Source of the DNA: a virus
Lineage: Duplodnaviria > Caudoviricetes
DNA: 39,062 bases
IMG/VR virus record: IMGVR_UViG_3300027820_000018
Location: 1-39,062 of that record
Strand: one strand, 5' to 3'
Shown: positions 17,758-25,227 of the stretch, in pieces
Layout: every line of letters starts with the position of its first letter
Position numbering within the stretch: position 1 is the stretch's first letter
Made by a program: the position numbers and the translations under genes
The notes under the pieces: generated by a model
What the model was told of the DNA's origin: nothing
What the model saw: the letters and a program-made list of their open reading frames with translations, nothing else
Database searches by the model: none

Positions 17758-19082
17758 TGCTTTACTCACTGGAAGCAGAGCAGAGCGTACTGGGTGCGCT
17801 GATGCTGGAAGAAACGGTTTATGACCAGATACTGGAGACAGGAATAGCCCCGGGTGATTTCTTCAAACCTGAGCATCAGGCCATTGCTGAATCAATCTTT
17901 GCACTTGCTGATAACGGTCAGTCTGTAGATATGATTACCGTAGTCGAGCGTCTGGAAGAAACGCGGGAAATTGAAAATGTTGGTGGTGCTGCGTATGTGT
18001 CGCACCTGACTGACGTTGCGCTTTCGATTGATAACGCTAAGGCCTACGCGAAAATCATCACGGAGCGCAGCCGGTCGCGTCAGTTTAAAACGATGGGCCT
18101 GAATGTCTCAGAGCTGGCTGACGAACGTACAGCGCCTTCTGAGATAGAGGACTACATAGCGCAGGAGGTTGCGCGGATTTCATCAGGCGCGAAGAAAAAC
18201 AACAGTCTGTCGTCTGCTGAGGCGGCAAAAGCTGTCATTGATGAGCTAGCGAGCGGAGAAGTAACACAGATTTACACCAGCGGCCTGACTGACCTTGACC
18301 GCCTATGGTATCCAGAACCCGGGCGGCTTCATGTAATCGCCGGGCGCCCGAAGATGGGCAAAAGTTCGCTGGCTCAGATGTTCCTAGAGGCAAACGCTCT
18401 GAAAGGCATCCCGGGCTATAATGCAACTTTGGAAATGCCAGCAAAGGAGATGGCAAAGCGACACATTGCTAGTCTTGGGCGCATGGATAGAGCTTTTTTT
18501 AAGCAACTCGACAACCACCCCGGGGCCGATGAGCAATACGGAAAGCTGTCAGCCGGTACTAAGATATTTAAAGACCTGCCAATACAGATTGATTTTTGCC
18601 CGGGTGTGCGAGTATCTGAGATTGTAAACCGTGCCCGCACATGGCTGCGAAAGCAGGAGCGATACAGAGACAAAGGTGAAGGGCTGCTGGTGGTTGACCA
18701 CTTGGGCCTGATTAGCCTCCCGGGTAAAGGTAACGCCGTTGAAGAAATTGGGGATATTACCACGCGCCTGAAAAACCTAGCAGGCGAGCTGAATATTCCT
18801 GTAATCCTTCTTTGTCAGTTAAACAGGGGATTGGAGCAACGACCAGATAAACGGCCCGTGACAAGCGACCTGCGCGGCTCTGGACGCATTGAAGAGGACG
18901 CTGACACTATCACGTTTGTTTATCAGGACAGTGTTTACCATGAAGATTCACCAGATAAAGGTGTTGCCGAACTGATTACAAGCGCAAACCGTAACGGGGA
19001 ATCAGGAACTGTCCGGGTGTCAGCAAACCTGCGTTCTAGCCGTTTTGATAACCTGCAATCCGCATACGACTATCAAGATTGA
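17757..19082 (+). CDS. dnaB: DnaB-like replicative helicase
   Basis: EAEQSVLGALM, GRPKMGKS Walker A, VDHL, QLNR, DLRGSGRIEEDAD. Confidence 0.95.
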   Translation: MLYSLEAEQSVLGALMLEETVYDQILETGIAPGDFFKPEHQAIAESIFALADNGQSVDMITVVERLEETREIENVGGAAYVSHLTDVALSIDNAKAYAKIITERSRSRQFKTMGLNVSELADERTAPSEIEDYIAQEVARISSGAKKNNSLSSAEAAKAVIDELASGEVTQIYTSGLTDLDRLWYPEPGRLHVIAGRPKMGKSSLAQMFLEANALKGIPGYNATLEMPAKEMAKRHIASLGRMDRAFFKQLDNHPGADEQYGKLSAGTKIFKDLPIQIDFCPGVRVSEIVNRARTWLRKQERYRDKGEGLLVVDHLGLISLPGKGNAVEEIGDITTRLKNLAGELNIPVILLCQLNRGLEQRPDKRPVTSDLRGSGRIEEDADTITFVYQDSVYHEDSPDKGVAELITSANRNGESGTVRVSANLRSSRFDNLQSAYDYQD

Positions 19083-19091
19083 GAGGACGAT

Positions 19092-19415
19092 ATGTTAAAG
19101 CTATTCAAAAGAGAGAAAGGCGCTGAACTGACTGTTAATGATTCAGTGAAGACAGTTCGATACTCAGTAAGCGATGAGTCTATACAGAATATTCTGGAGA
19201 TGATTCACGAGTTTCAGAGCGTTTACGATGGCGACACCTTCGGCGGATGCAACTTCAGGGATAGAGAGGTCTCACAGATGTCAGATTATCTGATGGGTAT
19301 AGCTGCGACACTGAGAGACCCGAGAGAGCTGGAGGCTATAGCTAGTTTTCTAAACAGGGTTAATTCCAATCTTTCAATGTATATCGAAAGGACTGAGGTT
19401 GAGGGTGTTGAATGA
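19092..19415 (+). CDS. Hypothetical protein
   Basis: RBS gagga; 107 aa. Confidence 0.65.
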   Translation: MLKLFKREKGAELTVNDSVKTVRYSVSDESIQNILEMIHEFQSVYDGDTFGGCNFRDREVSQMSDYLMGIAATLRDPRELEAIASFLNRVNSNLSMYIERTEVEGVE

Positions 19416-19663
19416 AACCGCACCAGCTAATGACAGGCGACAACCCGCACCACTGGATAACCAGAAAGCACGAGCTGATGGCGTCCGGACAGTGCTGTTT
19501 CGTCGCTGGGCGTAGGTTCCGAGACTGGGCTTACTACGATACAACAGAACGGCAAGCGCGGTGTCTTGGTCACTGGCACAAGGCAATGCGGATTGTAAAC
19601 ATTCAGCGCCTACGCCATCGCGGCAACCGGAACCGCTGGGGATTCTTTGATAGGTATTACTAA
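19412..19663 (+). CDS. Hypothetical basic protein
   Basis: ATGA coupling; 83 aa. Confidence 0.5.
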   Translation: MKPHQLMTGDNPHHWITRKHELMASGQCCFVAGRRFRDWAYYDTTERQARCLGHWHKAMRIVNIQRLRHRGNRNRWGFFDRYY

Positions 19664-19727
19664 TCAGGTGTAGAAAATCGGTAGGAAGAACCAATTAGCG
19701 GGATTCTGGCTGGTTGGTATGATTGGA

Positions 19728-19789
19728 GAATAACCCGGCGTTAATGGGCGAGAACCTGCGAACGTCACCGATTAAACGCTTTGTTATGC
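19728..19789 (-). repeat. attC-like site 1 (62 bp)
   Basis: Minus strand GCATAAC-AAAGC-GTT(T)AAT...GTGAC...ATTAAC-GCCGG-GTTATTC. Confidence 0.8.
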
Positions 19790-19807
19790 CATTACTGAGG
19801 ATTTGAA

Positions 19808-20134
19808 ATGGAAATGGAAATTGAAAAGCAGCGATTGGAAGACAGAAGCGTCAATTATGTACAGGCGCTCATACAGACAGAGAGTGATTGCGACCCATCT
19901 ATTGGCGAGTATTCCTTGAGCATTACGGGCTTTATTGGGAGTCTTGATTTATCCAGTGGCGGCGGAACAGACGATATTTCGCTGATCAAAGATGCAATCG
20001 AAAATCATGTTGATTTTACGAGTCTGCCGCCGGAAGGCTGGACTGAAGTACTGCTAAAAGAATCTGGCGAATGGGAAGATTCTTTTTGGCATAAATACTA
20101 TGAGATTGCGAGCGTAGTAATGAATGCGGTATAA
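19808..20134 (+). CDS. Cassette-like ORF 1, acidic hypothetical protein (108 aa)
   Basis: Fills the space between sites 1 and 2; ends GTA TAA C within the core of site 2. Confidence 0.75.
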   Translation: MEMEIEKQRLEDRSVNYVQALIQTESDCDPSIGEYSLSITGFIGSLDLSSGGGTDDISLIKDAIENHVDFTSLPPEGWTEVLLKESGEWEDSFWHKYYEIASVVMNAV

Positions 20135-20197
20135 CCTTGCCATAAGCGGCAAGAGAGCGCAGCGAACGCTGTCCGATTTTTAATGGCGTTGTTATAC
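20129..20197 (-). repeat. attC-like site 2 (69 bp)
   Basis: Minus strand GTATAAC-AACGC-CAT(T)AA...CGGAC...TTCGCTGCGCTC...CCGCTTATG-GCAAG-GTTATAC. Confidence 0.82.
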
Positions 20198-20222
20198 GCC
20201 GACTAACTACAGGTGACAGATT

Positions 20223-20441
20223 ATGAGTATTGAAATTAAGAAGTACCGAAAAAAACAAGAGCAGCCTATGTTCCCTTGGTTTCCAGGTTTTGATATGGGA
20301 GGAGTCTCTGTTTCGGATGCGGATAAACAAAACGGCAGCCCAAAGCCGGGGGACATGATTGCAATTAACCCTAGCAACCATGCCGATCAATGGTTAGTTG
20401 CTGAAAAGTTCTTTCGGGATAATTACGTTGAGAGCGTATAA
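20223..20441 (+). CDS. Cassette-like ORF 2, conserved small phage protein (72 aa)
   Basis: GSPKPGDMIAINPSNHADQWLVAEKFFRDNY; ends GTA TAA C within the core of site 3. Confidence 0.8.
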   Translation: MSIEIKKYRKKQEQPMFPWFPGFDMGGVSVSDADKQNGSPKPGDMIAINPSNHADQWLVAEKFFRDNYVESV

Positions 20442-20495
20442 CCCAGAGCTTTGCTGCCGAAGCGCAGCGAGGTCTGAAACAGTGAATTGTTATAC
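20436..20495 (-). repeat. attC-like site 3 (60 bp)
   Basis: Minus strand GTATAAC-AATTC-ACTGTTTCAGACCTCGCTGCGCTTCGGCAGCAAAGC-TCTGG-GTTATAC. Confidence 0.78.
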
Positions 20496-20510
20496 GAAAG
20501 AGAGGCACCG

Positions 20511-20702
20511 ATGAAGATGAGGCACAAAGACAGTGGTAAATATATTGCAATGAAGCCCGAATTAGTCAAAGAGGGAGCGGATCACCCTTGGGTTTTGGTT
20601 GATAGCGAAGCGGAGGCAACGATAGACCCGGGCTGGATCGGTGAGGATTACACAATGGTGATGCTTTCTGTTTTGCCACGCGGGCAATACGAGTGCGTAT
20701 AA
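20511..20702 (+). CDS. Cassette-like ORF 3, hypothetical protein (63 aa)
   Basis: RBS agagg before the ATG at 20511; ends GTA TAA C within the core of site 4. Confidence 0.7.
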   Translation: MKMRHKDSGKYIAMKPELVKEGADHPWVLVDSEAEATIDPGWIGEDYTMVMLSVLPRGQYECV

Positions 20703-20745
20703 CGCCGCACACACGGGCTATGTCCCGTGCTGGCGTGTGTTATTA
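20697..20745 (-). repeat. attC-like site 4 (49 bp)
   Basis: Minus strand TAATAAC-ACACG-CCA(G)CACGGG-ACATAG-CCCGTGTG-TGCGGC-GTTATAC. Confidence 0.72.
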
Positions 20746-20760
20746 CAGAGAGGATAGGGT

Positions 20761-21159
20761 ATGGAAGAGATAAAAAAATTACGGTTTGGACTAGGCTTTC
20801 AGGTTGAAACCGATAAAGGCCCGGTTGATTTGTACAGCGTCAACGCCGATGAAGATGTATCCGGCACATACGTCCAGTCTTCTGACTACGACGAACTACT
20901 CAGAGAACGCAACGAACTGGCTGCACAGGTGGAGCGGCTGCGGGGTGCTGCAAACGCACTGCTAATGAATAGAATGGGGATGGATGAGTGGTATGCGCTA
21001 GAGTCAGCACTAAAAGAAACCCCGGCTCAGTCGCTAGAGGCGGTTAAGCGGGAGTTAAGGCGCAATACGCTTGATTATGTTGCGCACGCCGTTAGATATG
21101 AGTTTGAAGGGCCATTCTCACCGGATGCGTTTGATGATTTTATAGAGTCTATGTCGTGA
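20761..21159 (+). CDS. Hypothetical protein with a coiled coil (Ead/Ea22-like region gene)
   Basis: YVQSSDYDELLRERNELAAQVERLR...TPAQSL. Confidence 0.7.
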   Translation: MEEIKKLRFGLGFQVETDKGPVDLYSVNADEDVSGTYVQSSDYDELLRERNELAAQVERLRGAANALLMNRMGMDEWYALESALKETPAQSLEAVKRELRRNTLDYVAHAVRYEFEGPFSPDAFDDFIESMS

Positions 21160-21192
21160 AACTCAACATGCAAAAGCAGCCGGGCGGCGTAT

Positions 21193-21543
21193 ATGAATGA
21201 ACAGTACGAATGGCTGAACCAGCTTGAACGGCTAGTTGACGCCTACAGCGACGCAAAGAGCAAGCGGACGTACCTTGAGCACTTCCGCCAATCAAAGCTG
21301 GCTATGTTGGCTGCGCAGGCGGAAACAGAAGACCCCGACAAGTACAAGACAGCTGCAAGCCGTGACGAGTACGCCCGAAGGCACCCGGAGTACATCCAGG
21401 TTCTTGAGGGTTTACGGGATGCTGTGGCAGTAGAGGAAAAATGCCGCTGGAATCTAAAGCAGCGGGAATGGAAGTTTGAAGCGTGGCGCTCTGAGCTTAG
21501 TTGGCAGAAGTCTCAGCAGCCGCGCAATGGGATAGTAACGTAA
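21193..21543 (+). CDS. Conserved helical phage protein
   Basis: YLEHFRQSKLA...ARRHPEYIQVLEGL...FEAWRS. Confidence 0.75.
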   Translation: MNEQYEWLNQLERLVDAYSDAKSKRTYLEHFRQSKLAMLAAQAETEDPDKYKTAASRDEYARRHPEYIQVLEGLRDAVAVEEKCRWNLKQREWKFEAWRSELSWQKSQQPRNGIVT

Positions 21544-21574
21544 CAGGAGCTGATCAGCTTCTTTTGAGGTGTGT

Positions 21575-21913
21575 ATGCAAAGAAAACCAACAAAGAACAC
21601 CCGTGGCCCGAATGCCGACGAAAAGCGGTTTCAGGGCTGGTTGAAATTTCAGGACTGCGTGTGGTGCGGGAGTCCAGGTCCGGGCATTGTAGACCATGCC
21701 AGAGGCGCGACGTTCAAGCACAACAAGGTATTAGTCGGTCACTGGTTCTGCCTGCCGGTCTGCGTAGCGTGCGACAATGAGAAAACCATGGGCGGAATAC
21801 GTCAAGGTAACGAGTCTCAAGCGTGGATTAGCTGCCATGAGCTGTACAACCTTGAAACAGGCGACTTCGCACCTGATGACGTGGTTGATGCTATCGAGGA
21901 CTGGAATAAATGA
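21575..21913 (+). CDS. Zinc-binding HNH-like protein (DUF968/Ref-like)
   Basis: CVWCG...DH...LPVCVAC; adjacent to RusA. Confidence 0.6.
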   Translation: MQRKPTKNTRGPNADEKRFQGWLKFQDCVWCGSPGPGIVDHARGATFKHNKVLVGHWFCLPVCVACDNEKTMGGIRQGNESQAWISCHELYNLETGDFAPDDVVDAIEDWNK

Positions 21914-22278
21914 GCGATTATGAATTTACGCTGCCGTGGCCGCCGTCGGTCAATGTGTGGACGCGAGTGTTTAAAGGTCGGAAGATTCTGACCAAGAGAG
22001 GCCGTGAATATCGCAAGGCAGTGGCTCAGGCTATGGAGGCGCTAAAGCTGACTCAGGAGTCGATACAGGAGCCGCTATCGGTGTCTCTGGTTCTGAATCC
22101 GCCTTCTCTGCGCAGGTACGACATAGACAACTTCACAAAGAGCCTGTTTGACGCTCTGACTCACTGCGGGTTCTGGAGCGATGATGAGCAGGTGGTCAGG
22201 TTGCTGATTGAAAAGGGCGAAAAGACGCCGCCGGGCAATGTGCTGGTGAAGGTTAATCGAATTACAAACAGAAGCTGA
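21910..22278 (+). CDS. rusA: RusA-family Holliday junction resolvase
   Basis: LPWPPSVN, RRYDIDNFTKSLFDAL, DDEQV. Confidence 0.93.
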   Translation: MSDYEFTLPWPPSVNVWTRVFKGRKILTKRGREYRKAVAQAMEALKLTQESIQEPLSVSLVLNPPSLRRYDIDNFTKSLFDALTHCGFWSDDEQVVRLLIEKGEKTPPGNVLVKVNRITNRS

Positions 22279-22291
22279 AGGAGTTGAGAGA

Positions 22292-22459
22292 ATGAATGAA
22301 AATGAAGTAGTGGCTAATCATGAAGATATACAGGTAATGCTTGAGGCGCGAATTGGAAAGCTCGAAGCAGAATTAAAAGAGCGAGAGGCTGAAAAGGTGC
22401 GTTATCTAAAGGAGAATGCGTTTCTTAAGGAGGCTTTGCGGCGTATTATTGGCACCTGA
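22292..22459 (+). CDS. Small coiled-coil protein (55 aa)
   Basis: MNENEVVANHEDIQVMLEARIGKLEAELKERE...; purine-rich RBS. Confidence 0.55.
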   Translation: MNENEVVANHEDIQVMLEARIGKLEAELKEREAEKVRYLKENAFLKEALRRIIGT

Positions 22460-22617
22460 TACAATAAAGAATCACCACGGGCCGGGGGTTCCTAGCTGCC
22501 GGTGATATTCCGCGCCAACGCACAAAAAAGCGCGGTCTTACATATGCGTGCAACACGGCCCCGATTGCCCTACAGCAAGCGCGCAACGCTGTAGCGGTAC
22601 TGAGGGGTTTTTAATAC

Positions 22618-22658
22618 ACCCCGCAAGCCTCTGAATATGCTCAAATCGTCGGGGTTTT
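22618..22658 (+). ncRNA. Large-loop hairpin resembling the skipping-rope RNA motif / terminator
   Basis: ACCCCG-caaGCCTCTGAATATGCTCAAAtcgt-CGGGGT followed by Ts; loop similarity is from recollection and was not searched. Confidence 0.45.
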
Positions 22659-22710
22659 CCTCCTTATGCTTTTCGCTATCAAAACACCTTTTCTTATTAA
22701 TAATCGGTAT

Positions 22711-22739
22711 TTCACTCACATGAGCCGGCCTGTTATCCT
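22711..22739 (+). promoter_or_regulatory. Promoter with an AGCCGG motif, upstream of the methyltransferase
   Basis: TTCACT-cacatgagccggcctgt(17)-TATCCT. Confidence 0.6.
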
Positions 22740-22767
22740 GTGCTTAAACAATCATTACGGAGAATGT

Positions 22768-23499
22768 ATGAATGAGTTGGCTCTTTTCGCGGGCGCTGGT
22801 GGAGGATTGCTCGCAAGTGAATTGCTCGGATGGCGAACAGTGTGCGCAGTTGAGCGTGAAGCCTACGCAGCACAAGTTCTGGCGCAACGACAGAACGATG
22901 GATTGCTCCCGCCTTTCCCGATTTGGTCTGACGTGTGCAGTTTTGACGGAAAGCCGTGGCGAGGAATTATTGATGTCATATCTGGAGGGTTTCCGTGCCA
23001 AGACATCAGCCCCGCCAGAACAAACAACGGAGGTGAGGCAAAAGGAATTGCCGGAAAAAAATCAGGGTTATGGAAAGAAAACCTCAGAATCATTGATGAA
23101 GTCAGGCCAGCTAGAGCTTTTTCAGAAAACTCATCCTGGCTCACAAGGAGAGGGCTTAACGTTGTCATTCAAGACCTTGCCGAGATCGGGTATGACTGTG
23201 CATGGACAACTATTGGCGCAGCAGGATTCGGAGCTGAGCACATACGAGAGAGGGTATGGATACTTGCCTACGCCAACGGCACACAACGCAAAGGAGGGTG
23301 CTTATCCAGCGGAATACACCAGGAATACACCAACTCTAGCAACGCACGCTGGGGGAAAGATAAACCCGGAGTGGACAGAGTGGCTGATGGGATGGTCAAT
23401 AGGGTGGACAGACTTAAAACCATTGGAAATGGGCAGGTTCCAATCGTGGCGGCAGCAGCATACAAGTATCTTGAATCGGTTATATCAAAAATAGAATAA
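22768..23499 (+). CDS. DNA cytosine-5 methyltransferase, main subunit (motifs I-VIII and X)
   Basis: LFAGAGG (I), GGFPCQDIS (IV), FSENS (VI), HIRERVWILA (VIII), RLKTIGNGQVP (X); RBS ggag. Confidence 0.92.
   Translation: MNELALFAGAGGGLLASELLGWRTVCAVEREAYAAQVLAQRQNDGLLPPFPIWSDVCSFDGKPWRGIIDVISGGFPCQDISPARTNNGGEAKGIAGKKSGLWKENLRIIDEVRPARAFSENSSWLTRRGLNVVIQDLAEIGYDCAWTTIGAAGFGAEHIRERVWILAYANGTQRKGGCLSSGIHQEYTNSSNARWGKDKPGVDRVADGMVNRVDRLKTIGNGQVPIVAAAAYKYLESVISKIE
22772..23494 (+). CDS. Nested +1-frame ORF, probable second methyltransferase subunit (TRD and motif IX)
   Basis: 240 codons open within the MTase gene; LPTPTA and INPEWTEWLMGWSIGWTD resemble TRD and motif IX; true start uncertain. Confidence 0.72.
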   Translation: MSWLFSRALVEDCSQVNCSDGEQCAQLSVKPTQHKFWRNDRTMDCSRLSRFGLTCAVLTESRGEELLMSYLEGFRAKTSAPPEQTTEVRQKELPEKNQGYGKKTSESLMKSGQLELFQKTHPGSQGEGLTLSFKTLPRSGMTVHGQLLAQQDSELSTYERGYGYLPTPTAHNAKEGAYPAEYTRNTPTLATHAGGKINPEWTEWLMGWSIGWTDLKPLEMGRFQSWRQQHTSILNRLYQK

Positions 23500-23528
23500 A
23501 AACCTACGTTGATATTCCAAAACGGTAT

Positions 23529-23557
23529 TTCACACTAAGCCGGTCAGGTCGTATTCT
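23529..23557 (+). promoter_or_regulatory. Promoter with an AGCCGG motif
   Basis: TTCACA-ctaagccggtcaggtcg(17)-TATTCT. Confidence 0.62.
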
Positions 23558-23601
23558 TAACACATACCAACGAGACAGCGGGAACGCTAAGGGAGAGAAA
23601 G

Positions 23602-24051
23602 ATGTTTGATTTCAAGATGATGACTAATGTGAAAATGAAACATGACAAAGAATCAAACTCATCTACATTTATTGAAACTGATAATTTCCTGTATGAGGTT
23701 AGGTGGACTGATTCTGGTGCGGATGTGTTTCAGTATGAAAACATTGTAGAGCTGTAAACACCCACCGCCAGGTACGCCGGGCATAAAGGAGAGCGGTATG
23801 AAAGTTATTCACGTCTGGAAGTTCGTATACTCTGATTGCGGATACAGACATGACATCATGTTTGGTGTGGTTCCGTATCGCCACATATTCTGGCGCTTTT
23901 GGGTGAAAGCATGACCTACCACGCAACACTCTACTACACAGGCGGACGCACACAGTCCGCTACCGTGAAAGCAGAATCAAAAGACAAGGCCCGTCAGGAG
24001 CTGAGAAAGCTGCCGGGCTGGGAATGCGTAAAGTTGGAGGAAGTGAGATGA
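23602..24051 (+). CDS. Three mini-ORFs: 23602-23757 (51 aa), 23798-23914 (38 aa), 23911-24051 (46 aa)
   Basis: Strong RBSs (gggag, aaggag) and ATGA coupling. Confidence 0.55.
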
Positions 24052-24326
24052 AAGACGAGACTTTGACGATTATCGAGCCAAGCGTTAACGGATCAGAGCC
24101 AAGGGTGCTTCGATTTGAAGACGGCGAAATGGTTGACAAGGGGACTTACATGGAAGCTCTTAGAAAGGCGGAGCTTCAGCGCGATGAGTTGCTGGAGGCG
24201 TTGAAGGAGTTTGTAAACAACAGCTCTGTTCAGTCTGGCTTCCCGTCGCTCTGTGAAGAAGCTGAGAAGGCAATCACCAAAGCGGAGGGGGGGAATGAGA
24301 GTAAAAACAAGCCGAGAAGCGTTTGA
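24048..24326 (+). CDS. Hypothetical protein
   Basis: QRDELLEALK...AEKAITKAEG phage motif; RBS ggagg. Confidence 0.7.
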   Translation: MKDETLTIIEPSVNGSEPRVLRFEDGEMVDKGTYMEALRKAELQRDELLEALKEFVNNSSVQSGFPSLCEEAEKAITKAEGGNESKNKPRSV

Positions 24327-24483
24327 GGATTTCATCCGAGACAAGTACAAGCGGATGGATGACAGGCATGTAGAAGAGTTCCTGAAGCTGACCGAGTCCG
24401 GAGTCTACGAAGACTTGGATATTCAGGACATGTGGGATGCTTGGCAAGCGTGCTGCAAGTTTGCGGACGGGATGGAGGATTGA
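24295..24483 (+). CDS. Hypothetical protein
   Basis: SREAFE...Y.....QDMWDAWQA phage motif. Confidence 0.65.
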   Translation: MRVKTSREAFEDFIRDKYKRMDDRHVEEFLKLTESGVYEDLDIQDMWDAWQACCKFADGMED

Positions 24484-24559
24484 ATATGACTGTAGCAATC
24501 TGCTACGCGCTGGTTAGTCTGGCTGGTGCGTTTATCGTTGCTGATGTGTTTATCTGGGG

Positions 24560-24808
24560 GTGAACATGAATCACGCTGATTTGATAACAGCCGGATGCGC
24601 GGTGAAGTACGATGCAAAGGAGCATGAGCCTGTGCCGCAATATGCGAGCGTGTGTCCGCTGGGTGAGGCGTTTGCGCACGCTGATAGTCCGAAAGTCAAA
24701 GAAGCGCTTACACGGCTACTCAGGACGCTGGATGGCTATGACGACGTGATGTACGTCCATGATATGCGCGGGGCGATGAGAGAAGCACGGAAGGAGGTGG
24801 GGTTGTGA
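24560..24808 (+). CDS. Hypothetical protein
   Basis: 82 aa, within the operon. Confidence 0.55.
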   Translation: MNMNHADLITAGCAVKYDAKEHEPVPQYASVCPLGEAFAHADSPKVKEALTRLLRTLDGYDDVMYVHDMRGAMREARKEVGL

Positions 24809-24966
24809 TGGGATTTATCGGCAAGGCATTAGTGATGATTCTGGTGTCCGTAGGGTTTGCATACCTAATTTCGCAGTCCTTCGGGTTTCACGCTTCGCTG
24901 ATTCCGTTAATCATTCTTGTTCCTAGCGTTATCGGGTACAAGGTTTTGTTCTCAGAGGGGAGGTAG
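24808..24966 (+). CDS. Two-TM mini protein (52 aa)
   Basis: MGFIGKALVMILVSVGFAYLISQSFGFHASLIPLIILVPSVIGYKVLFSEGR; RBS ggagg. Confidence 0.5.
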   Translation: MGFIGKALVMILVSVGFAYLISQSFGFHASLIPLIILVPSVIGYKVLFSEGR

Positions 24967-24968
24967 GT

Positions 24969-25196
24969 ATGGAGCTGACCAGTAGACAAAAAGATGTTTT
25001 TGCATGGATATGCAGCTACATTGATAAGAATGGGTTTTCTCCAAGCCGGGCAGAGATAGCGTCAGGGTTTGGCTTTCATCCAAATGCAGCTCAGAATCAT
25101 GTTGAGGCTCTTGAAAGAAAAGGGTTCATTCGGGTAGCCCCTGGCATTTCAAGGGGAATAGTTGTTGTAGGCGACCGCTATTGCCTGGACAAATGA
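24969..25196 (+). CDS. Stand-alone LexA-type DNA-binding domain
   Basis: LTSRQ...GFSPSRAEIASGFGF.PNAAQNHVEALERKGFI...PGISRGI; no peptidase domain. Confidence 0.88.
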   Translation: MELTSRQKDVFAWICSYIDKNGFSPSRAEIASGFGFHPNAAQNHVEALERKGFIRVAPGISRGIVVVGDRYCLDK

Positions 25197-25208
25197 ACGT
25201 GATAGACT
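25181..25208 (+). promoter_or_regulatory. Candidate late promoter
   Basis: TTGCCT-16-TAGACT with extended -10 TG, ahead of the late block. Confidence 0.4.
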
Positions 25209-25227
25209 GAAGAAAACAGGAGGCGTT

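Noticed and set aside
19728-20745. CRISPR array or simple terminators
   Set aside because: The repeats differ in sequence, the spacers are whole genes, and the hairpins have no U-tracts.
21536-21545. TAAC at the stop of 21193..21543 as a distal cassette boundary
   Set aside because: No following hairpin or GTT core, and poor complementarity to site 4.
22666-22767. N-terminal extension of the methyltransferase
   Set aside because: It overlaps the promoter; the RBS and motif I point to the ATG at 22768.
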